Shown here: in pieces, positions 10,901-21,129 of the stretch
Position numbering within the stretch: position 1 is the stretch's first letter
Layout: every line of letters starts with the position of its first letter
From: Octopus sinensis
Lineage: Eukaryota
Assembly (NCBI RefSeq): GCF_006345805.1
Contig: NW_021832912.1
Coordinates: 1 to 29,618 of the forward strand
Direction of reading: 5' to 3'
Length of the DNA stretch: 29,618 nucleotides
Program-made: the position numbers and the translations under genes
Notes under the pieces: generated by a model
Seen by the model: only the letters and a program-made list of their open reading frames with translations
Database searches by the model: none
Told to the model about the DNA's origin: nothing

Positions 10901-11210
10901 GGTGAAGGTCTGTGGCTTAGTGGTTAGCACATTCGGCTCACGATGTTACGATAGTGAGTTCGATTCCAAGCGACGCGTTGTGTCCTTGAGCAAGACACTT
11001 TATTTCATGTTGCTCCAGTTCACTCCACTGGCAAAACTGAGTTGTACCCGTATTTTAAAGGGCCACCCTTGCCACACTCTGTTTCACACAGAATCTCCCT
11101 GAGAACTACGTTAAGGGTACGTGTGTCTGTGGAGTACTCAGCCACTTGCACGTTAATTTCCGTTGATCCGATTACTTGGAACCCTTATCGTCGCAACCGA
11201 CGGAGTGCCA
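10901..11210 (+). mobile_element. tRNA-headed SINE-C, full length
   Basis: A box TGGCTTAGTGG, B box GAGTTCGATTCC, then gtccttgagcaagacacttt. A second copy lies at 22027-22282. Confidence 0.85.
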
Positions 11211-11224
11211 GTTGTGTGTTTCTT

Positions 11225-11390
11225 CCAAATGTTTCATTCATTGGATTGCGGCCGCGCTGGGGCACCGCTTGAAGGTGTTGCGGTACTTATTCGTGTTTGT
11301 AAGTCTGGCACTCATTCTATCGTGCTCTTTTGCCGAACCGCTAAGTTGCGATGATGTAGACAAGCCAGCCCTGGTTTTCCAGCGGTGATG
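11225..11390 (-). mobile_element. SINE-B 3' domain fragment
   Basis: cttttgccgaaccgctaagtt and gcggccgcgctggggcaccgc match the SINE-B 3' domain at 26320-26480. Confidence 0.75.
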
Positions 11391-11419
11391 GAGGGCAAAT
11401 GCAACAACACATGCACAAA

Positions 11420-12058
11420 GACACATTCACATACATACATGCATACATACATACATACATACACACATACACACATACACACATACATACATACATACAT
11501 ACACACATACACACATACACACATAAATACACACACACATACATACATACATACACACATACACACATACACACATAAATACACACACACACACACACAT
11601 ACATACATACATACATACATACACACATACACACATACACACATAAATACACACACACATACATACATACATACACACATACACACATACACACATAAAT
11701 ACACACACACACACACACATACATATCATTACATACACACATACACACATACACACATAAATACACACACACATACATACATACATACACACATACACAC
11801 ATACACACATAAATACACACACACACACACATACATACATACATACATACACACATACACACATACACACATAAATACACACACACACACACATACATAC
11901 ATACACACATACACACATACACACATACACTCATAAATACACACACACACACACACATACATACATACATACATACACACATACACACATAAACACATAA
12001 ATACACACACACATACATACATACATACATACATACATACATACATACATACATACAT
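11420..12058. repeat. (ACAT)n/(AC)n microsatellite with higher-order structure
   Basis: The landmark ataaatac recurs about nine times at roughly 50-70 bp spacing. Confidence 0.9.
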
Positions 12059-12061
12059 TAG

Positions 12062-12094
<33 letters not shown>

Positions 12095-12105
12095 CTTATA
12101 TAGTA

Positions 12106-12457
12106 GCAGGAGTGGCTGTGTAGTAAGCTAACTTCCCAACCACATGGTTCTAGGTTCCGTCCTACTACGTGAAACCTTGAGCAGTATCTTGTACTATAAC
12201 CTCGGGCCGATCAAAGCTTTATGAGTGGATTTGGCAGAACGGAAACTGAAAGAAGCCCGTCATATATATATATAATATATATATATATATATTATATATA
12301 TATATTATATATGAATGTATATATATATGAATGTATATATATATGTGTGTGTGCCGGTGTGTGTATGTATGTATGTATGTATGTATGTATGTATGTTATG
12401 TATGTATGTATGTATGTATCATTGTGTCTCTGTTCTCCTACCATCGCTTGACAACCG
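12106..12457 (+). mobile_element. SINE-B, 3'-truncated, with expanded central microsatellite
   Basis: gcaggagtggctgtg head, body to gaagcccgtc (12261), TA/TATG tract, then ccatcgcttgacaacc. Confidence 0.85.
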
Positions 12458-12479
12458 TAGCCTAGCCTTTCGACCGACA

Positions 12480-12513
<34 letters not shown>

Positions 12514-12515
<2 letters not shown>

Positions 12516-12680
12516 CGACGGGCTTCTTCCAGTTTCCGTCAACCGAATCCACTCACAAATTTTGGTCGGCGCGGGGCCTTAGTAGAAGAAATTTGCTGAA
12601 GGTTTTGTGTAGTGAGACCGAAACCGAAACCTCATGGCAGGAAAGTAGGTTTCCTGCCCACGCAACCACGTCTGCGCCTA
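12514..12680 (-). mobile_element. SINE-B 5' half
   Basis: Reverse complement of the head and body (gacgggcttc...tctgcgccta). Confidence 0.85.
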
Positions 12681-12748
12681 TGCAAAATTCAAATCGTATC
12701 GATCGCTCTTGGTTGTCGGTATTCGTCATGTTTATATTCTTAGAATTT

Positions 12749-12800
12749 TAGGTGACCAGCTGGCAGAATCGTTAGCACGCCGTCCAAAAAACGCTTTGAG
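12749..12800 (+). mobile_element. SINE-A head fragment
   Basis: agctggcagaatcgttagcacgcc. Confidence 0.7.
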
Positions 12801-12859
12801 TTATTATATATATAATATATATATATATTATATATATATATATAGTTTAAATTTACAGA

Positions 12860-12990
12860 AAAACAAAAGACAACAGGTGTATGAACGACAAGCAGATGTA
12901 TTAGTTTCATGCTCGGGAAAGTAAGTCTTTTTAAAGTTTTGAGCCTACGCTCTTCGACAGAAAGGAATATGAGGAAATAACAGAAGGAAT
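12860..12990 (-). mobile_element. Probable PLE terminal-repeat fragment with decayed hammerhead motif
   Basis: The minus strand reads tttCTGTCGAagagcgtaggctcAAAACttt. Homologous to 15596-15630. Confidence 0.5.
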
Positions 12991-13078
12991 AGCTATATAA
13001 TATATATAGTAAATATATATATATATATTTTATTTATTTATATATATATGTACATATATATATATATATATATATATA

Positions 13079-13388
13079 GTACCGTGATCACCGTGACCGA
13101 CCAGGCTATCAGATGTTGCTACACATCGCTGGTCACAATGCGCTTCGCATTGTTTTCGCCTTCAAATGACGCCACCCTACTAGCTAAGCGAGCAGACCAA
13201 CAGAAAAAAGAGTGAGAGAAAGTTATGGCGAAAGAGTACAGCAGAGATCACCACCCCCAACCCCTGCTGAACCTCGTGGAGCTTTCGGTGTTTTCGCTCA
13301 ATAAACGCTCGCAGCACCCGGTCTGGGAATCGAAACCGCGATCCTATAACCCGAGTCCGCTGTCCTAACTACTGGCCACTGCGCCTCT
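13079..13388 (-). mobile_element. tRNA(Arg)-like headed SINE-D
   Basis: Minus-strand GAGGCGCAGTGGCCAGTAGTTAGG...GGTTTCGATTCCC head. A better-preserved head copy lies at 20805-20919. Confidence 0.8.
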
Positions 13389-13414
13389 CACTCTCTCTCT
13401 CTCTCTCTCTCTCT

Positions 13415-13502
<88 letters not shown>

Positions 13503-13518
13503 TATATATGTATATATG

Positions 13519-13580
<62 letters not shown>

Positions 13581-13584
13581 TGTG

Positions 13585-13630
<46 letters not shown>
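13388..13630. repeat. (CT)n + (TA)n + (CA)n microsatellites
   Basis: Directly visible. Confidence 0.95.
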
Positions 13631-13633
<3 letters not shown>

Positions 13634-13974
13634 GAAAATTATAAGGGTAAAGAAATTAGAATAAATTTTTTTACGGGTGGTTAGCATTCGCAATAAAAGT
13701 CAATAGACAACATGTAAGAGAGTATAAGGATTTATACAGAGAGAGGCAACATAAAGTATGTAGCAAGCACGTGTGATTTCGATACGTATTGAGCTGCATA
13801 ATTATGCATTGTCTTAGCGGTCCCAGTGACAAAGTGCGGATGACAAATTAATTTATTTGTTCATTAATACAGAAACTTGTTTTTGAGGTTAACTATAAAT
13901 AATTTTTGTTTTCATTCTCTTTGAAATGTATGTATGTATGTATGTGTATATGTATGTATATGAGTGTGTGTTTG

Positions 13975-14183
13975 TGTGTGTCTGTGTTTGTCCCACTGCT
14001 ATCGCTTGACAACCGATTTTGGTGCGTTTATGTCCCCTAACATAGCGGTTCGACAAAGGATACCGATAGAATAAGTACTAGGCTTAGAAACAATAAATTC
14101 TGGGGTTGGTTAGTTCGACTAAAAGGCGGTGCCCCAGCATGGCCGCAGTCAAATGACTGAAACAAGTAAAAGAATAAAAGAAA

Positions 14184-14185
<2 letters not shown>
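13975..14185 (+). mobile_element. SINE-B 3' domain
   Basis: tcgcttgacaaccg...ggccgcagtcaaatgactgaaacaagtaaaagaataaaag. Confidence 0.85.
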
Positions 14186-14240
<55 letters not shown>

Positions 14241-14424
14241 TCAATAAATGGTGGGGTTGTGTTGACCGCACGTGGAGAAATGATAAGTAAGGAAAATTGT
14301 AAAAATGCAGAATGCTCAAATGAAAGAAAATTTTAATGAAATGAGAAATTGATAAAATATATAAATATATATTTATTCAAACCGGTTTTCGTTATTGTGT
14401 GACTTGTCAAGAATATATATATTA

Positions 14425-14519
14425 CAGCTTTTACCTAACGTACCTAATCGTTTAGATCACCTGTGAACTAAGACATCATACTTTGTATAAATGAGCGTGT
14501 GTTTATTCATATATATACA

Positions 14520-14567
<48 letters not shown>

Positions 14568-14723
14568 GTGTGTGTGTGTGTGTGTGTGTATGTATATGTA
14601 TATACATTGTATTTCGGGATGGTATTTTTTTACCTGGCTAAATAAACACACGCACATTTATACAAAGTATGGAGGTTTAGTTCACAGGTGATCTAAACGA
14701 TTAGGTACGCTAGGTAAAAACTG
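14425..14723. mobile_element. MITE with 83-bp TIRs, CAG...CTG ends and TA target duplication
   Basis: 14425-14507 vs the reverse complement of 14641-14723 match 76/83. TA at 14423-14424 and 14724-14725. Central (TA)n(TG)n. Confidence 0.9.
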
Positions 14724-15109
14724 TAACGGATTATTGGGGGTCCAAGTTTATAGCCGAGAAGGTAGTTATGGACCCATTGTAGGTTTCCGATGCAGCGAAT
14801 ATGTAATTGTTAAATGGGACGTCAAACATTAAGGCAAGGAAAACATCTCGAGTCATATATATGATTTTAGATGTTTGCTGTCCTGTTTAACAATTATATA
14901 AACACACGCGCTATATATTCGTCCTTCGTTTGTTTGTTACTGTTCTTCTTTTAACTCATTCCATTGTCTAATACAACAGAATATTTATTATTTTGCAAAA
15001 GAAGATAATAAAGCTTCACTTATATTCGAGTTTCGCCGAACGACAAACCAATGTCTTTACATCGGCTTATGCAACAATGAATATATTAACTGACAAAAGT
15101 GTCTACATA

Positions 15110-15414
15110 TAAATATATATAAATACATACATACATACATACATACATACATACACACATACATACATACATACATACATAAATACATACATACATAATA
15201 CATACATCATACACACACACACACCATACATACGTACATGCATACATACATACATACATTACATACATACTACATAACATACACACATACATACATACAT
15301 ACATACATACATACATACATACACCTACATACACACATACCTACATACATACACATACATACATAAATACATACATACATACAACATACATACAACACAA
15401 CATACATACATACA

Positions 15415-15445
<31 letters not shown>

Positions 15446-15463
15446 CATACATACATACATACA

Positions 15464-15492
<29 letters not shown>
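15110..15492. repeat. (ACAT)n microsatellite
   Basis: Directly visible. Confidence 0.95.
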
Positions 15493-15494
<2 letters not shown>

Positions 15495-15539
15495 TCTTTA
15501 TCTGCTCTTACTAGAAAAAAAATGTCTTTCAAAATGCAA

Positions 15540-15730
15540 CCGCGTGTGTATCGTTGGCGATTTCCTCCGTCTTCCCTTCCTTTGGACTTTACTCTATTTC
15601 TGATGAAGAGCTTGGCTCGAAACGTTAAATCTTCTTTCCGTTTTTTCCTGAGCGTCTGATAATACAGTACTTGTACCACGTTCTCGCATTATTGCTTTTT
15701 CTTGTTTGTTCTTCTTTGTTTGGATTCACT
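15540..15730 (+). mobile_element. Probable PLE terminal-repeat fragment hosting the hammerhead motif
   Basis: Third and best-preserved copy of the family also seen at 760-900 and 12860-12990. The PLE assignment rests on the hammerhead motif. Confidence 0.55.
15596..15630 (+). ncRNA. Minimal type I hammerhead ribozyme motif
   Basis: attt-CTGATGA-a-GAGC ttg GCTC-GAA-ACGT-T-aaat: intact CUGAUGA and GAAA cores, 4-bp stem II, palindromic ACGU stem III, GUU triplet, 4-bp stem I (AUUU/AAAU). One extra A precedes stem II. Confidence 0.65.
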
Positions 15731-15746
15731 ACATAATGATTTAGAA

Positions 15747-15796
15747 CGCTAAGCATTTCGCCCGGCGTGCTAACGTTTCTGCCAGCTCGCCGCCTT
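15747..15796 (-). mobile_element. SINE-A head fragment
   Basis: cgctaagcatttcgcccggcgtgctaacgtttctgccagctcgccgcctt. Confidence 0.85.
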
Positions 15797-15901
15797 GTAA
15801 CCACAAAATTATTGTTTAGTAACCGTATGTCTTACATGCACACATGTATGTATGTATGTACGTATGTATGTAGATATGTGTGTGCGTGTGTGTGTGTGTG
15901 T

Positions 15902-15939
<38 letters not shown>

Positions 15940-16132
15940 ATTGATGTCAACTAGGATTACAATAACTTAAATTTGTCTCTATTTCATGTTGATTATATTC
16001 CTCTATAAAACTGCCATTTATATCCCTATCATAGCTTTGAAATAATAGCATAAATTTCACATGCATACATACATACATACATACATACATACATACATAC
16101 ATACATACATACATACATACATACACACTCTC

Positions 16133-16560
16133 CCCGGATAACAAGTTCTGTTTTATACCTGTAATTATTTGAGCACTGGGATATGTAACAAACTGAGTAA
16201 GCACCAATCTTGAGGAATTAAGCTTCTCAAAACCAGAAAGGAGAAAGCTAATTAGAAGATTACAGATCCAAGCTATCACCGGAACTGTAAAAGATTGTAA
16301 AACATCCCAAGAGCTTATTATTTAAGCATATGTGCGCATGTCTGGACATGCAACTATATGCGTGAGAAAACGTACATAAAATAATATATACAAATCTTCA
16401 TATGCACTGACTCCAAATACCGCGCATATATACACATACATAAAAAATACTCTGTTAATGTTAAAATTCCAGTGAAGGAGTCTTCGATATGTTTGGAAAC
16501 CGGCTCTTTTTCTATTGGAAACAAAGTTTGAAATAAAGCTAAAAATCATGACACCCATAC
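16133..16560 (+). mobile_element. Interspersed repeat, inverted homologue of 24690-25225, possibly PLE-derived
   Basis: Blocks such as tatacctgtaattatt, caatcttgaggaattaagcttctcaaaa and ggaactgtaaaa align with the reverse complement of 24690-25225. Confidence 0.75.
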
Positions 16561-16587
16561 GTACATACATATACGTAGATTTGTATA

Positions 16588-17031
16588 CAGTAATCTCTCG
16601 CCATATCGCGGTTCACCCATCGCGGTTCACCCATCGCGGGTCACCCATCGCGGTTCACCCATCGCGGTTCACCCATCGCGGTTCACCCATCGCGGTTCAC
16701 CCATCGCGGTTCACCCATCGCGGTTCACCCATCGCGGTTCACCCATCGCGGTTCACCCATCGCGGTTCACCCATCGCGGTTCACCCATCGCGGTTCACCC
16801 ATCGCGGTTCACCCATCGCGGTTCACCCATCGCGGTTCACCTATTACGGTTCACCTATCGCGGTTTGTTATTTAAGCTTACGTGTTGTTTTGCATTCATA
16901 ATGAAATAAATATGTACAAATTATAAAAATAAGAAAAATGTATATAATACAGTACTGTTTCTACTTCGCGGATTTTCACCCATCGCGGAGGGTTTTGGAA
17001 CATAACACCGGCGACAGTCGAGGGATTACTG
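16588..17031. mobile_element. pogo/Tigger-like MITE with TA target duplication
   Basis: Ends CAGTAATCTCTCG and CGAGGGATTACTG (12/13 inverted match). TA at 16586-16587 and 17032-17033. Confidence 0.85.
16605..16866. repeat. 14-bp minisatellite (ATCGCGGTTCACCC), about 18.5 units
   Basis: Exact 14-bp period from 16605, one internal substitution, and the last three units diverge. Confidence 0.95.
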
Positions 17032-17559
17032 TATATATGATTTAATGAATACAGTAGCTATACGTGAACTATTTCAAATGTTATGCTCGGATAGTCTAAT
17101 AACTGGGCATAGCTTATATAGTGTACCGTGCAATGTCCGACAATGGCTCTGAAATGAAAGGACATCGATCTAGCGTTCCCATGATTCAGTTAACCATACA
17201 AGGCAAAGTTGTTTTACATGTTAAGTTGTAAACACTCAATATTAACAATAATTTTCATTCAAAGGGACATAAACCTTATCTTTCTTTCCCTTAACAGTTT
17301 CTTCTCGTTTTTCCCAGTTGCTGTTCTCGTTTTTTACTCTCATTTTCATTTAAGCCTGAACAATTGATGGATTGCGTACTGTACAATATGCGAGCCGTGA
17401 CCGATTGCTGCACATATCCGACCACGAAACTTGAAGTCGCTCACGTATAACTCCTATATTCGTTAAAAGGTACTTATCTCTCCCTGGATTGAGTGATTTT
17501 CTTGCTGATCCTACCAAGTAACATTCACACATACACACACACACACTTATATATAAATA

Positions 17560-17655
17560 GGCGCAGGAGTGGCTGTGTGGTAAGAAGTTTGCTTTCCAAT
17601 CACATGGTTCCGGGTTCAGTCCCAATGCGTGGCACCTTCGGCAAGTGTTTTCTAC
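17560..17655 (+). mobile_element. SINE-B head fragment
   Basis: GGCGCAGGAGTGGCTGTGTGG...GGGTTCAGTCCC (B box). Confidence 0.9.
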
Positions 17656-18244
17656 AATTACAAGTGAGAGGACTAGAGAGAAAAAGAAGAGACATGCTCG
17701 AAAAGGATTGGTTAACCTTAATACATCGAACCGAAATCATTGACCTGTGTTTTGGGTCCCTTTAGTAGTATTCCCTTCATTGCAGACATTCGGGACAGGT
17801 CTCCCATACAAGGATGACTTGCTCCCATCTCATCCTAACCCACCCCACAAGTAACGAAATCCTGTAAAGAGTCATGTGTGTTTTTCTATCTCCTCTGGCC
17901 AACCCATTAACAAAGAAACCATCACTGCTTTCAAAGTGTTTAATTATTTATTTGTTTGTAACAATGTTATCTCGATCAAGTTGGTTCTTAGCCAAAATTT
18001 CACGTAATCTTTCTTTTCAATGCAAACTCGTTTGGTTTCGCTTATTATAATTTTATTTATATTCTAACTAATATAATTAGTATTTGCTGATTATTTACTC
18101 TATCTAAAATCAATTATCTCAGAAAAGTAATGATACACACTCCCCCAGAAGGTCGACGCACCATAGGTAGCTTTAAAAACTAAACTTTATCCTCGTGATA
18201 CATGTAAATATTCACTGTCATGATGAGAAAAACAAATTTTTAAT

Positions 18245-19452
18245 TAAGACACAAAGTTACCAGGTTTGCAGAGATGGTTTCCTCAATACCATCGACACCA
18301 CTTCATGACTGGTACTATATTTTGTCGATTGCAAAAGGAAGAACAGTATAGTTGAGTTCGGCGAGATCTGAACTCGGAACGGATGAATTATTGCAAACAT
18401 TTTTCCGACACTTTATTTTATCGGCTCTGAAATGATAAAAGGCAAAGTTGACCCCGGCGAGATTTGAACTCACAATGTGAAAAGTCGAAAGAAATACTAC
18501 CGATGTATTTTGTCGGACACTCAAACGATTCTTATTTCTTTACTGCCCACGTGGGGCTAAACATAGAAGGGACAAACAAGGACAGACAAATGGATTAAGT
18601 GGATTATATCGACCCCAATGCGTAACTGGTACTTATTTAATCGACTCCGAAAGGATGAAAGGTAAAGTCGATCTCGGCGGTATTTGAACTCAGAACGTAA
18701 AGACAGACGAAATACTGCTAAGCATTTCGCCCGGCGTGCTAACGATTCTGCCAGCTCACCGCCTTTGGGAAAAGATATAATCATTTCTATTATAGGCACA
18801 TGGCCTGAAATCTTGAGAGAGGTTAGGTAGTCGATTACATTGACCCCTAGTGTTCAAAACGTTCTTATTTCCTCGAACCTGAAAAAAATGAAAGGCAAAG
18901 CCACTTATATTACATTTGAACTCAGAACGTAAAGACGGACGAAATGTCGCTAAGCATTTTGTCCGCCGTTCAAACGATTTTGCCAGCTCTCCGCCTTAAT
19001 GCTAACCTTTTCTGCTATAGACACAAGGCCTGAAATTTGGGGGAAGGGGGCCAGTCGTTAAGATCGATTCCAGTACGCAACTGGTACTTGATTTATCGAC
19101 CCCCGAAAGGATGAAAGGCAAAGTCGACCTCGGCGGAATTTGAACTCAGAACGTAACGGCAAATGAAATACCGCTAAGCATTTTGCCCGGCGTGCTAACG
19201 AATCTACCAGCTCGCCGCCTTAATAACAATGATAATGGTTTCAAATTTTGTCACAAGGCCAGCAATTTCAGGGACGGGGTAAGTCGATTACAGCGACCTC
19301 CCCACTGTTCACCTGATACGTATTTCATCGACCTCGAAAGTATAAAAGGCAAAAACTAACCTCGGCGAAATTTGAACTCAGAACATAAAGACGGACAAAA
19401 TGCCGCCAAGCATTTTGTCCGGTGTGCTAATGACTCTGTCGGCTCGCCACTT
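18245..19452 (-). mobile_element. About six head-to-tail SINE-A copies of mixed age
   Basis: Well-preserved copies at 18533-18765 and about 19005-19222. Others carry the same body motifs. All are on the minus strand. Confidence 0.9.
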
Positions 19453-20049
19453 TTAGGTATACAAATCATATCTACAACATGAAACAGATTTGTTTCTTGG
19501 TTTTTTTCCTGAGAAGTGGAACAATATTTATGATTTTCCGCTGGTTTGAGCCATCAACAGAACGGATTGAAATCTAGTAATGCCTGTTAAGGAAAACCTT
19601 TTACGGATACACACTGATAGAAGAGGGAAGCAAACATATCACCGAAGATCTCACGACGCTTATATGGAGTTTAATGGTTTCAGCATGCAACGGTTAAATT
19701 GACGTTAACTTATATAAATGTTTATAAAGAAGTAAGAAAATATACAACGTATATACTTGGTCAAACATTTTTCTTGGTTTTTTTCGCGGAGTTAAACACG
19801 GATGTATATTAAATGCACCAACGTCAAGGGATTCTCTAAATGGTTGCATGATATACAAGAAAAAGCAATCAATTCTCTCTCTCAAATAATACCGTACAGC
19901 GTTGCAAAATGACACCTCGAGTAATGTGATCCGAGGTGAACTCTGCCTTGATAAAGATGGGATGGTTACAGATGGAACCGGCTTGATCCGTTTAGACTGT
20001 TCCGTTTAGACTGACGGGGCTAAAATATATTGGTTTCAAATTTATATTC

Positions 20050-20250
20050 AAATTGGTTTCAAATTTTGGCACAAGGCCAGCAGTTTTAGGGGAGGAGATG
20101 AGTCTATTATATTGATCCCCAGTATTCAACTGGTACTTATTTTATCGACGCCGATTGCAAAAGGAAGAACGGTAAAGTTGAGTTCAGCGAGATCTGAACT
20201 CAGAACGGATGAATTATTGCAAGAATTTTCCCGACACTTTAACACTTTAG
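20050..20250 (-). mobile_element. Degenerate SINE-A copy
   Basis: ggcacaaggcc tail, cccagtattcaactggtacttattttatcgac, tctgaactcagaac. Confidence 0.8.
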
Positions 20251-20322
20251 AATTCAAACCGGCCATACCAGGCCAGAATATTAAACCTGTTTTGTGTCGA
20301 AAGTGGCCTGTTCCGGCCTCAA

Positions 20323-20666
20323 TCGGGGTCGATAAATTAAGTACCAGTTGCGTACTAGGGGTGATCTAATCGACTGGCCACCCTCCCCCAAAATCCGGGC
20401 CTTGTACCGAAACTAGAAAAGAATATTAACTCTTTGAGAGGCTGACTTTGCCTTTCATCCTTTCGGGGTTGATAAATTAAGTACCAGTTGCGTACTGGGG
20501 GTAATCTAATCGTCTGTCCCTCTCCCCCAAAATTTCGGGCCTTGTGCCGAGACTAGAAAAGAATATTAACTCTTTGAGAGGCTGACTTTGCCTTTCATCC
20601 TTTCGTGGTCGATAAATTAAGTACCACTTGTGTACTGGGGGTGATCTAATCGACTGTCCCCCTCCC
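20323..20666 (+). repeat. 140-bp tandem repeat derived from the SINE-A 3' half (about 2.5 units)
   Basis: The non-SINE linker aactctttgagaggct occurs at 20428 and 20568, an exact period of 140. Confidence 0.9.
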
Positions 20667-20804
20667 TGGTACTTAATTTATCGACCCCGAAAGGATGAAA
20701 GGCAAAGTCGACCTCGGCGGAATTTGAACTCAGAACGTAACGGCAGGCGAAATACCGCTAAGCATTCCGCCCGGCGTGCTAACGTTTCTGCCAGATCGCC
20801 GCCC
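20667..20804 (-). mobile_element. SINE-A 5' portion
   Basis: tggtacttaatttatcgacc...ctgccagatcgccgcc. It abuts the plus-strand array. Confidence 0.9.
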
Positions 20805-20919
20805 TGTGGGGCTTTAGGTGTTTTCGCTCAATAAACACTCACAACGCCCGGTCTGGGAATCGAAACCGCGATCCTACGACCGCGAGTCCGCTGCCCTAAC
20901 CATTGGGCCATTGCGCCTC
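20805..20919 (-). mobile_element. SINE-D head (tRNA-Arg-like)
   Basis: A box TGGCCCAATGG, GGACTCGCGGTC anticodon-like loop containing TCG, B box GGTTTCGATTCCC. Confidence 0.85.
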
Positions 20920-20930
20920 GACCACTTTAA

Positions 20931-21035
20931 AAGCAAAGTCGACCTCGGCGGAATTTGAACTCAGAACGTAGTGGCAGACGAAATACTGTAAGCATTTTGT
21001 CCGGCGTGCTAACGATTCTGCCAGCTCGCCGTCTT
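20931..21035 (-). mobile_element. SINE-A head fragment
   Basis: gcaaagtcgacctcggcggaatttgaactc...ccagctcgccgtctt. Confidence 0.9.
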
Positions 21036-21129
21036 TTTTCGTTCGATAAACTCGAGGACGATGCAAAACCAAACAATCGCATTGTGTTTGCAATTCGCTA
21101 ATTGACAAGAAACATCGTTACTTTCAGCC

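Noticed and set aside
15000-15075. Minus-strand ggcGAAACTCG as another hammerhead
   Set aside because: No recognisable CUGANGA upstream and no palindromic stem III.
16515-16901. 128-aa ORF with IAVHPSRFTHRGSP repeats
   Set aside because: It is a by-product of a 14-bp repeat inside a non-coding MITE. The 14-aa period equals three DNA units.
19452-20030. Unique segment as a coding exon or transposase
   Set aside because: The frames I translated are short with frequent stops, and I recognised no motif.
20805-20919. Functional tRNA-Arg gene
   Set aside because: The acceptor stem does not close, the head runs into a SINE body, and a diverged homologue lies at 13079-13388.
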